IMG/VR virus record: IMGVR_UViG_3300033074_000233
Span: 96,001-160,000 of that record
From: a virus
Taxonomy: Duplodnaviria > Caudoviricetes
Strand: one strand, 5' to 3'
DNA: 64,000 nucleotides
Made by a program: the position numbers and the translations under genes. The notes under the pieces are model-generated. The model saw nothing but the letters and a program-made list of their open reading frames with translations, was not told the origin of the DNA and did not search any database. Position 1 is the first letter of the stretch, and the number at the start of each line of letters is the position of its first letter. Positions 9,904 to 18,098 of the stretch are shown one piece after another.

Positions 9904-10857
9904 ATGAGTGTTACCTTTCAAGTAGAAGATTACATCCTGATTCAACAGGATAACAAGAAGCACCTAATACAAGTGGATAAGTCCACAGGCAAAACGGGTC
10001 GTGGTATCAAGCAAGACAAGTTCCCGTACGAGGAGAACGAAATCAAGTTTGAGGCCGATGAAGTAGTAGCCAACTATGGCAAGTATCCGAAGTCCTTTAT
10101 TCACGAGGCCTTCTATAAGGACTTCACTCATCCTGCTTTCGGCTCGGTCAACTTCTTTATGAAGGTGAACAAAGAGGCCAAAGAGGAGATCGAAAAGAAA
10201 CTCACCAAGTGCGCCAAGAAACTCAAGGAACACAACCTTGACGGCTTCCTTCCTGTAAACGTCGAGATACGTCCGTCGAAAGGAAAGATGCTTGGCCACT
10301 ACAAAACCTTCAAGCAAGAAGGTGAACTTGACGTTATGGCATTGCGTCCTTCAACAGACCATCCGCTTGAAGAAACTATCTATCACGAATGTGGTCACGG
10401 CATCTGGAAGCGACTGATTCACCACCGCAAGGCCAAAGCCGCGTGGATTCGTGAGTACAGTCACCATCTGGAAGTGCAACACCTCACCAGCAAGGACCTC
10501 AAGTCGCTGTTGAACGAATTGCTCTCGGCATCACAGACAGTATCAGACTTCAAGAAAGGCCTGAGCGAAAACGACCAGATGATCCTCAGGGAAATCCTGT
10601 CCTATATCAAGAAGTTCCATCGCCTCACAGTGATCGACCTCAACATGCTGCTGGAAAGCGGTGATGAGGATACAGTCACAGAGGTTTGGCCGTGTGATAC
10701 AATCGCACTGTCGAAGATCAAGGCAAACAACATTTCCAACTACAGCCTCAAGAGTGTAGAGGAATACTTCTCCGAGTGCTTGGCGTTCTACCTCAACGGT
10801 GGTAAACTGCCCAAGCATACCGCGAAACTGATGACTAAAACAATCGAATCTCTTTGA
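9904..10857 (+). CDS. Putative zincin metallopeptidase
   Basis: YHECGH (HExxH) plus distal EEYFSE. Confidence 0.6.
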   Translation: MSVTFQVEDYILIQQDNKKHLIQVDKSTGKTGRGIKQDKFPYEENEIKFEADEVVANYGKYPKSFIHEAFYKDFTHPAFGSVNFFMKVNKEAKEEIEKKLTKCAKKLKEHNLDGFLPVNVEIRPSKGKMLGHYKTFKQEGELDVMALRPSTDHPLEETIYHECGHGIWKRLIHHRKAKAAWIREYSHHLEVQHLTSKDLKSLLNELLSASQTVSDFKKGLSENDQMILREILSYIKKFHRLTVIDLNMLLESGDEDTVTEVWPCDTIALSKIKANNISNYSLKSVEEYFSECLAFYLNGGKLPKHTAKLMTKTIESL

Positions 10858-10865
10858 GGTGAAAC

Positions 10866-11498
10866 ATGGCTAAGGAACTTGAAGTAAAAGACCTTAAGGA
10901 AGCCGATTACAATCCACGATGGATCAACGACAAACGGTTGAAGGCCCTGCAGAAGTCCATTGAGACCTTTGGTGATCTGTCGGGTGTTGTGTTTAACAGA
11001 CGTACCAAGCGCCTTGTTTCTGGTCACCAGCGACTCAAGACGGTACGTGACAAGAAGACTCGCATCGTTACCAAGCCATATAGCGACAAGTACGGTACCG
11101 TTGCTATTGGTCACATCGAGGTCAAGGATAAGAAAGGCGTCATCCAGATTCCATACCGTGAAGTAGACTGGGACGACAAGAAGATGGAGATGGCTGCCAA
11201 CATTGCAGCCAATGCTCAAGGTGGTCAGTTTGACAACAAGAAACTCGGCAAGGTTCTCGCCAAGTTGTCCAACGCTACCTTCGATGTTGAACTCGTAGGC
11301 CTTGATGACGTTACTGTCAAGACCCTTGTAAACGACTTTGAGAAGGCCTCAGGTGTTGTAGACGCAAAGGGTAAGCCAGTTGCTTCTGGCAAAGACAAGG
11401 GTAAGAGCAGCAAGTCCGAAGGCTTCCAGAAGATCAGTCCTGAGGACATGGAAGAAGACTTCGAGCACGAATGCCCGAAATGTAATTACAAGTGGTAG
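10866..11498 (+). CDS. ParB/Srx N-terminal-domain protein with C-terminal Zn ribbon
   Basis: ADYNPR...SIETFG...LVSGHQRL; CPKCNYKW. Confidence 0.85.
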   Translation: MAKELEVKDLKEADYNPRWINDKRLKALQKSIETFGDLSGVVFNRRTKRLVSGHQRLKTVRDKKTRIVTKPYSDKYGTVAIGHIEVKDKKGVIQIPYREVDWDDKKMEMAANIAANAQGGQFDNKKLGKVLAKLSNATFDVELVGLDDVTVKTLVNDFEKASGVVDAKGKPVASGKDKGKSSKSEGFQKISPEDMEEDFEHECPKCNYKW

Positions 11499-11506
11499 GT
11501 AACCGT

Positions 11507-12484
11507 ATGAAGTTTACTATGGCGAATGTCAACGCCAAGAAAAAGAAGTACACAGCCGTATCTACTTTCAGTGGCTGCGGTGGTTCGTCGCTTGGCTACA
11601 AGATGGCTGGCTTCAAGATGCTGTGGGCTAACGAGTTCATTCCAGCAGCACAGGATACCTATGAAGCCAATCACATAGGTACCTATCTGGACAAGCGCGA
11701 CATTCGCAAAGTAAAGCCAGAAGAAATCCTCAAGAAAATCGGCCTAAAGAAAGGCGAACTCGACCTGTTCGACGGTTCCCCACCATGCTCGGCCTTCAGT
11801 ACAGCAGGTGCGCGTGACAAAGGCTGGGGTACTGTAAAGAAGTATTCAGACTCCAAGCAGCGTGTGGATGACTTGTTCTATGAGTACATCCGCATTCTCA
11901 AGGGTCTACAGCCCAAAGTATTCGTAGCCGAGAACGTACCAGGTCTTGCGTCTGGTAAAGCCAAGGGGTATTTCGTAGAGATATTCCGTCTTCTCCAGGG
12001 TGCAGGTTACGTTGTAGAGGCCCGCATTCTGGATGCGTCACAACTGGGTGTACCGCAGGCGCGTAAGCGTCTGATCTTCGTTGGGGTACGCAAAGACCTG
12101 AAAATGAAGCCAGTGTTTCCGCAGCCCTTGTCCCGAGTAATTTCGGTCAATGACGTATGCCCAAACATCGCCTACATTAAGACCAAGAAAGACGGTCAGA
12201 TGAAGTACGTGCCTGCGAACATTCCTTCCCCTACCATTACGGCGAGCGATAGCACCAACTCGGAGACAGCCCAGTTCTCCTGCGGTGGCTTTATCGAAAC
12301 CCAAGATGGAGAGCAGCGCAAGTACAAGATCAGCGAACTCAAGAAGATTTTTACCTTCCCACCTGACTTTGAACTCACTGGTAAGTTTGAGCAGAAGTGG
12401 GAACGTCTAGGTAGATCAGTTCCGCCCATGTTCATGTATCATGTGGCCAAGACAATCGGCAAAGAAATTCTGGATAAACTATAA
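11507..12484 (+). CDS. C5-cytosine DNA methyltransferase family protein, probable carboxymethyltransferase
   Basis: Motifs I FSGCGG, IV GSPPC, VI ENV, VIII QARKR; motif X GRSVPP (Asn replaced by Arg). Confidence 0.9.
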   Translation: MKFTMANVNAKKKKYTAVSTFSGCGGSSLGYKMAGFKMLWANEFIPAAQDTYEANHIGTYLDKRDIRKVKPEEILKKIGLKKGELDLFDGSPPCSAFSTAGARDKGWGTVKKYSDSKQRVDDLFYEYIRILKGLQPKVFVAENVPGLASGKAKGYFVEIFRLLQGAGYVVEARILDASQLGVPQARKRLIFVGVRKDLKMKPVFPQPLSRVISVNDVCPNIAYIKTKKDGQMKYVPANIPSPTITASDSTNSETAQFSCGGFIETQDGEQRKYKISELKKIFTFPPDFELTGKFEQKWERLGRSVPPMFMYHVAKTIGKEILDKL

Positions 12485-12494
12485 GGAGAACTCC

Positions 12495-13547
12495 ATGAAC
12501 ATTAAGCGTCCGTTCCTCATGTACGTCGGCAACACCTCAGTTCTAGTAGAAATCAAAACGGCTGCTGGTGTTATTGAGTGGTGTCCAGAAGACGTTGTTG
12601 GTGTGTACACAACAGGTCCTGACGCGCTTACGTTTGGTAAGCCTGTTATCAATGACTTCAATGCCGCAGTGGCTGCTGGCGCCAAGACCTTTGTGGTTGG
12701 CTCTTCACCTACGAGTGGTATGATCGACGACTCGTGGATTCAGATGTTCTTCAATGCAATGGACGCTGGTCTGGACATTGCCTGTGGTCTACATGAAAAA
12801 CTCAACGACATTTCCTTCTTGGTAGACTATGCTAGAAAGGCAGGCGTAGTTATGCACGACTTCCGTCACCGTGAGGACGTGTACCCGAAAGGCACAGGCA
12901 TGAAGCGCCCTGGTATGCGTCTACTCACGGTAGGTACGGACTGTGCTTGCGGTAAGAAGTTCACTGCCATATCCATTGCGCGTGAGTGCAAGAAGCGTGG
13001 GCTTGCAGCCGACTTCCGTAGTACAGGACAAACTGGCTACCTGATTTCGTCTAGCGGCATTAACAACGACACGATTCCTGCTGACTTCCTTTCGGGTGCT
13101 GCTGAGTGGCTGTCGCCTGCGAACGCACCTGATCACTGGGATGTTATCGAGGGGCAAGGCGCTCTTTTTCATCCAGCCTATGCTGGAGGCAGTCTGTCCC
13201 TGCTTATGGGCAGTCAGCCCGACCTCATCGTTCTCTGCCATGATCCTGCGCGTGAGAAAGTACGTGGCCCAAAAGGCATGGACTTCAAGTTGATGTCCCT
13301 GGAAGAGGAGATCGAAGGCAATCTCCTCATGGGTAGTCGCACTAATCCAAAGATTCGACTTGGTGCTATCTCCATAAACGGTCGCTACGCTTTTCCTGAG
13401 GGCAATACGACTGCTTATCTGGATTACAAGAATGGGTTGATGGAACGCTTCGGCGTTCCTGTGTTTGACCCCCTTGTAGATGGCGTGTCATCCATAGTTG
13501 ACGTTATGGAATGTAAGAGCATGACGGTAAACAATGAAAAAGCCTAA
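12495..13547 (+). CDS. DUF1611 / DgcN-like P-loop protein
   Basis: AAGGAG RBS; ACGLH, VGTDCACGKKFT, STGQTG, DFLSGAAE, IEGQG. Confidence 0.85.
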   Translation: MNIKRPFLMYVGNTSVLVEIKTAAGVIEWCPEDVVGVYTTGPDALTFGKPVINDFNAAVAAGAKTFVVGSSPTSGMIDDSWIQMFFNAMDAGLDIACGLHEKLNDISFLVDYARKAGVVMHDFRHREDVYPKGTGMKRPGMRLLTVGTDCACGKKFTAISIARECKKRGLAADFRSTGQTGYLISSSGINNDTIPADFLSGAAEWLSPANAPDHWDVIEGQGALFHPAYAGGSLSLLMGSQPDLIVLCHDPAREKVRGPKGMDFKLMSLEEEIEGNLLMGSRTNPKIRLGAISINGRYAFPEGNTTAYLDYKNGLMERFGVPVFDPLVDGVSSIVDVMECKSMTVNNEKA

Positions 13548-14397
13548 GAACGTACCCAAACCACCAGCGAACGTACACGATGCCTTGCTGGATGAGTTGC
13601 GCTTTGTGCGTGACTCTGGTAAGCGCGCGGCTGTATTCCTCAGCGGTGGCGTAGATAGCCACTCGGTCTTGTTTGCACTGATAGAACTGGGCGTTCCTGT
13701 TACCGCGTATTCATTTACGCTGGACACCCACGAGAGTCGTGACTTCAAGATTGCCAAGAAGACCTGTGAGACAATGCACGTTCCATTTGTGCCAATAGTC
13801 CTTTCGACCGACGTAGCCAAGTTGAAGAAGTACGTTATCTACGTCGTGAAGAAACTGGGTGCGTACAAGAAGGTGGACATTGAATGCCTGTGGCCTATGC
13901 TGTCTACGTTGAAGCAGGTCGAGGAGGAATTTGTCATTACGGCTACCAGTGCTGACAGTCACTTTGCTTTGTCCAAGAAAGCCTGTATGCACTACAAGGA
14001 CAAGGTGGACTACTACAGGACAATCGTTTTCAAGAAGGCGAATACGGGACAGCGCCTTCATATGAAAAGTGAGTGTGCGAAACTGGGTAAGACCTATTTC
14101 ACGCCTTACGATACCACCCGCATGTGCTCGGAGTTGTACGGATATACATGGGACGAATTAAATAAGCCCAAGCAGAAGAATCCTATTCGCATTGCCTTTC
14201 CTGATCAGTTTGAACGCTGTAAAGTGACTCAGCACACCAACCTGCAATTAGGCGATAGCGGCATTGCCAAACACTTCGAGAAGTTGCTTGAAACCGACTT
14301 AAACACCCGGAAATATAAGTCGGTTATCGGCGTTTATAACGAGTTGGCGCGCAAGTATCTTAAAGTGACAGAAACAGAGGAAAACGACGATGACTGA
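13534..14397 (+). CDS. Asparagine-synthetase-like PP-loop ATP-dependent amide ligase lacking a glutaminase domain
   Basis: FLSGGVDS PP-loop near the N-terminus, TATSADSHF; only 287 aa. Confidence 0.75.
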   Translation: MKKPKNVPKPPANVHDALLDELRFVRDSGKRAAVFLSGGVDSHSVLFALIELGVPVTAYSFTLDTHESRDFKIAKKTCETMHVPFVPIVLSTDVAKLKKYVIYVVKKLGAYKKVDIECLWPMLSTLKQVEEEFVITATSADSHFALSKKACMHYKDKVDYYRTIVFKKANTGQRLHMKSECAKLGKTYFTPYDTTRMCSELYGYTWDELNKPKQKNPIRIAFPDQFERCKVTQHTNLQLGDSGIAKHFEKLLETDLNTRKYKSVIGVYNELARKYLKVTETEENDDD

Positions 14398-15109
14398 CGA
14401 CAAAGATAGTGTTGTACCAGGAAATAAGTGGGAATTTGATGCAAGCGTTGCGGCCTGTTTCGATGACATGCTTTCACGCAGCATTCCTTCATACAAGATG
14501 ATGCGTCAGACCACATATGCCCTTGGTACCAACATCATCGGAAATATGACGGCCCCTAAAGTTGTTGACTTGGGTGCTTCGCGTGGTGAGGCTATTTGGG
14601 AGTTCGCCGCACGTTATCCGAGAGGTGATTTCTATGCCCTGGAGATTTCCGATCCAATGCTGGACGTAATGCGAAATCGCTTTCAAGGTCAGACCAACCT
14701 GCATGTATGGCGTGAAGACCTTCGCGTCTGCAACGTCCTGCGTGAGATCAAAAACACCACGGTCGTTCTGTCGATTCTGACTCTCCAGTTTATTCCTATC
14801 GAGTACCGTCAGGCCCTTGTGCAGACCGTATTCGACAACTTGGACAAGGGCGGCGCCTTCATCCTTGTAGAGAAGGTTCTTGGCAATACGCCTTCAATCA
14901 ACTCCAAGTTCGTAGAGGAATACTACGAGTTCAAGCGTTCCAATGGATATTCCTACGAGGATATCGAGCGCAAGAAGGCTTCTCTGGAAGGCGTGTTGGT
15001 TCCGATCACTGCGAAGTGGAACGAGGACATGCTTTACTCAGTGGGCTTCCGTCAAATTGACTGTTTCTATCGCCACCTGAACTTTGCTGGCTGGATCGCA
15101 ATCAAATGA
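14390..15109 (+). CDS. cmoA: CmoA-like carboxy-S-adenosylmethionine synthase
   Basis: WEFDASVAACFDDMLSRSIPSY, DLGASRG, LTLQF, ILVEK, FKRSNGYS...LEGVL, NFAGWIAIK follow CmoA along its length. Confidence 0.85.
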   Translation: MTDDKDSVVPGNKWEFDASVAACFDDMLSRSIPSYKMMRQTTYALGTNIIGNMTAPKVVDLGASRGEAIWEFAARYPRGDFYALEISDPMLDVMRNRFQGQTNLHVWREDLRVCNVLREIKNTTVVLSILTLQFIPIEYRQALVQTVFDNLDKGGAFILVEKVLGNTPSINSKFVEEYYEFKRSNGYSYEDIERKKASLEGVLVPITAKWNEDMLYSVGFRQIDCFYRHLNFAGWIAIK

Positions 15110-15549
15110 TGAATCCATACAAACACCTCCTTACCAAGATGAAGTATCTGGTAAATGAGGACAAACGAGTAGACGACGCCGAGAAGGCAGACTTTCAATG
15201 GAGTATGGTCTTCACCAGAGGACCAGTGAAGTTCATGATAGGCAAAGGTGGTGTCAATACCATCTTCTACATCATGGGAGACAAGCGTGAGGTTTGCTTC
15301 CCTGATGATGCCTTGAAACTCCTTGAAAAGAAGTCGCTCGACAAGTACATTGCCTATGCGATCTATTCCAAGAAAAAGGAATTGGTTGCTGGGCCTTTCT
15401 TGTTTCACGATGATGCGATGGCACTACGCGCAGGTAAAGGCCAGTTCTTTATTGGCATTAAGGCAAGTGGGAAACTTGTTCCACTCTATGCTGCGAAGCC
15501 TAACCTGTTCGACAAACTATCTTGGTCTCCTGTAGTAGAAAAGAAATAA
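15106..15549 (+). CDS. Hypothetical protein
   Basis: Coupled ORF, 147 aa. Confidence 0.55.
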   Translation: MMNPYKHLLTKMKYLVNEDKRVDDAEKADFQWSMVFTRGPVKFMIGKGGVNTIFYIMGDKREVCFPDDALKLLEKKSLDKYIAYAIYSKKKELVAGPFLFHDDAMALRAGKGQFFIGIKASGKLVPLYAAKPNLFDKLSWSPVVEKK

Positions 15550-15560
15550 CGAGGTGAAAC

Positions 15561-17036
15561 ATGCCTGCTCAACGCATTACATACCTAACAAGCAAACCGT
15601 TTACGCTTAGCCAACTGATGGCCAAGACTCCGCGTAACATCCAGTACAACGCGGATGACACTCGCATTAAGCAGGCACGCAAGATCATTGACAAGGATAC
15701 CAACCAGCCAGCAGTAGTAGCCGTTGTTTACTCGACGCACGATGCTGATGGTAATCCAACACGCAATCCAATTATGCACAAGTGCTACATCCTGAGCCTT
15801 GATGCAAACAGGAAGCCGATTAACCAGTGCCACGTTCACCTTTCCTGCGACTGCTTTACGGGAGACACGCGGGTTCTTACGCCGTCTGGTTGGAAAACTA
15901 TATACGAACTAGCCGAACCCCTAGAACTAGGTAAGTTCGAGACTGACTATATCGTCAACGGAAAAGTAGTAAAAGGTTCTGCACCCTTTTATAAGGGTAA
16001 GTCAAAGGTATGGGAAATAGCCTTAGATACAGGATTAAAGATTAAGGCCACGAAAAATCAGAAATTCCTAGTAACACGAAAAGATGGAATTCGTAAATGG
16101 AGAACTGTTAAGAATCTTTCTGTTGGTGACTGGCTTGTTCCTAATTCAACAGAAAACATACCAGAAGTAGATGTAACCAGTAAAGTCTATCAGGATGCAC
16201 ACCTAATAGGCGTGATAATGGGCGACGGAACTGTTTTCTCTAGTGGCTCTCCTGATTTACAACTGTATGGAGATAAACAAACTGAAATTTGGAGTCTCAT
16301 ACAAAAACATCCAGCCGTTAAGGGTAAAAAGGTTGTCCAGCGAGACGGAATACGGGTAGAATTTAATCATACTGGTATGGAGCTTTTCAGTAAATTTAAG
16401 TACGAAAACAAGAAGAATGTACTGTTGTCTTCTCCAGAGTCTATCTTTGGATTCTTGTCAGGTCTAACTAACGCAGATGGAAACTGCGGACGGAATGGTA
16501 TTGTAATTGACGGAGATCTATCTTACCTTAAAATTCTGTTAGACGAACTACTTGCTCTTGGGCTTGTTGGTCCTAAACTGTCCTTATCCGATACAAATCG
16601 TAAGGGCACTCTGACAAATTACGGTGAGAGAACAAAGGATATGTATACACTTGTTATACCTGTTCCGACTATAAGACTAATAAAAAAGAACTTGCTACTG
16701 ACAGAAAAACACCAGAAGAACCTAGAAAAACAAGAAAAAAAGAGGCCACAAAATCGCGTGCCTAAGACTAAAATTACAGGTATTACTTGTGTAGGTAAAA
16801 AGCATGTGTATGATATAACTGTACCTGAAGGCACCAGATTTGTGGCTGAGGGAGTTATAGTCCATAATTGCGCCTACTTCATGTACACGCTGGAGTATGC
16901 TCTTAACAAACGTGGCAATGCAGACATTATCTTCTCCAACGGAAAGCCTGCTGTGGTTCGTAATCCAAGCAACAAAGGCTTTCTGTGCAAGCACCTCTAC
17001 CATCTGGCTGAATCGCTTGTCTCCAGAGGTATGTGA
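15561..17036 (+). CDS. SWIM zinc-finger protein, intein-containing
   Basis: Spliced extein (~152 aa) reads SCD-CAYF...LCKHL (CxC...CxH). Confidence 0.75.
   Translation: MPAQRITYLTSKPFTLSQLMAKTPRNIQYNADDTRIKQARKIIDKDTNQPAVVAVVYSTHDADGNPTRNPIMHKCYILSLDANRKPINQCHVHLSCDCFTGDTRVLTPSGWKTIYELAEPLELGKFETDYIVNGKVVKGSAPFYKGKSKVWEIALDTGLKIKATKNQKFLVTRKDGIRKWRTVKNLSVGDWLVPNSTENIPEVDVTSKVYQDAHLIGVIMGDGTVFSSGSPDLQLYGDKQTEIWSLIQKHPAVKGKKVVQRDGIRVEFNHTGMELFSKFKYENKKNVLLSSPESIFGFLSGLTNADGNCGRNGIVIDGDLSYLKILLDELLALGLVGPKLSLSDTNRKGTLTNYGERTKDMYTLVIPVPTIRLIKKNLLLTEKHQKNLEKQEKKRPQNRVPKTKITGITCVGKKHVYDITVPEGTRFVAEGVIVHNCAYFMYTLEYALNKRGNADIIFSNGKPAVVRNPSNKGFLCKHLYHLAESLVSRGM
15852..16868 (+). mobile_element. Intein with LAGLIDADG homing endonuclease (339 aa)
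   Basis: CFTGDT start, IVHN|C end, LIGVIMGDG and LSGLTNADG motifs; AT-rich. Confidence 0.9.
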
Positions 17037-17042
17037 CGAATC

Positions 17043-18050
17043 ATGGCGCGCATTTATCGCCACTCACACCTAATGGCCAAACTGAAGGCCATCGACGAAC
17101 AGATACAGGACAACTATTCAAGCGCGCAGTATGTGGAAGTCTGGGATACCCTACTCTACAATGCGCTTGAACCAATAGTGACCTGTACCAAAGTAGCCGA
17201 TCTAATTCTCGCGGACGTTCTCCACTTCTACGTGGAGAATCATCGCCGCAAACTTTCCTCGCTTCCAAAAGACCTAGTAATGTCTTCTTTGGTTCGCTTT
17301 CTCATAGCAGAACCCAAGGACAGACTTAAACGCCTGCGTAAGTGCAGGCTGGAGCGCAATGTACTACGCCTAATCATTACAACCTTTCTGGATTCGTCTG
17401 AGGAGTATCGAGCACTCACCCTAAAGAAGATTCACACTAAAGAGGGCACAGCCCATCAAGCCCACATAGATCATAGTCTGTCACACATAGAGACACGCCT
17501 AGGATACAATGGACGCTTGGACTTGTTCTCCGCTATGAGCACGGTAGTGTTCTGGCACGATCAGGCCAATAAGTTCAAGAATATGCTCATGGAAAAGTAC
17601 CTGCGCCTTATCGTGACTCAGGCTCAGATGTACTACAAGTCCAACAACTCAAACATGGACTTGGACGATATTATCCAAAACCTAATCGTATTCACCTCGA
17701 AGGCTTTGGATAAGTACGACGTTCGCAAGGGAACGATAGTCAGTTACATACAGACTTGGTTGCAACACGCCAAGAATGTAACCGTAGTTCAGGAGGATGG
17801 AATAGCATTCCTGCTACCAGTTGCCAAGCGCAGCGAAGTGGCGAATATGTCAGTAGCGATTGATAATGAGGAGGTACTGGAAGTAGAGTATGAGTGCGGA
17901 GAAAACGTGGAACTAGAGTCCACGCGACGCCGTGTTCAATTACTCGCCAAGTTGGTAGACCCTACAGGACTTGGTCGTTTGTCGTTAGGAATTTCGGAGG
18001 TATTAAGTCGGGAAGAATTGGCATTACAGCGCAGACACGCCGTAGGTTGA
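17043..18050 (+). CDS. Phage sigma-70-like RNA polymerase sigma factor
   Basis: Region 2-like LMEKYLRLIV...DLDDIIQN...KALDKYDVRKGTIVSYIQTW. Confidence 0.7.
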   Translation: MARIYRHSHLMAKLKAIDEQIQDNYSSAQYVEVWDTLLYNALEPIVTCTKVADLILADVLHFYVENHRRKLSSLPKDLVMSSLVRFLIAEPKDRLKRLRKCRLERNVLRLIITTFLDSSEEYRALTLKKIHTKEGTAHQAHIDHSLSHIETRLGYNGRLDLFSAMSTVVFWHDQANKFKNMLMEKYLRLIVTQAQMYYKSNNSNMDLDDIIQNLIVFTSKALDKYDVRKGTIVSYIQTWLQHAKNVTVVQEDGIAFLLPVAKRSEVANMSVAIDNEEVLEVEYECGENVELESTRRRVQLLAKLVDPTGLGRLSLGISEVLSREELALQRRHAVG

Positions 18051-18098
18051 TTCTGTAAATTGAGTTCGCTTCACTTCACACCCATCTGGGAGATTGTT

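Noticed and set aside
11507-12484. Ordinary restriction-modification methyltransferase
   Set aside because: No cognate endonuclease adjacent; the motif X Arg and cmoA linkage point elsewhere
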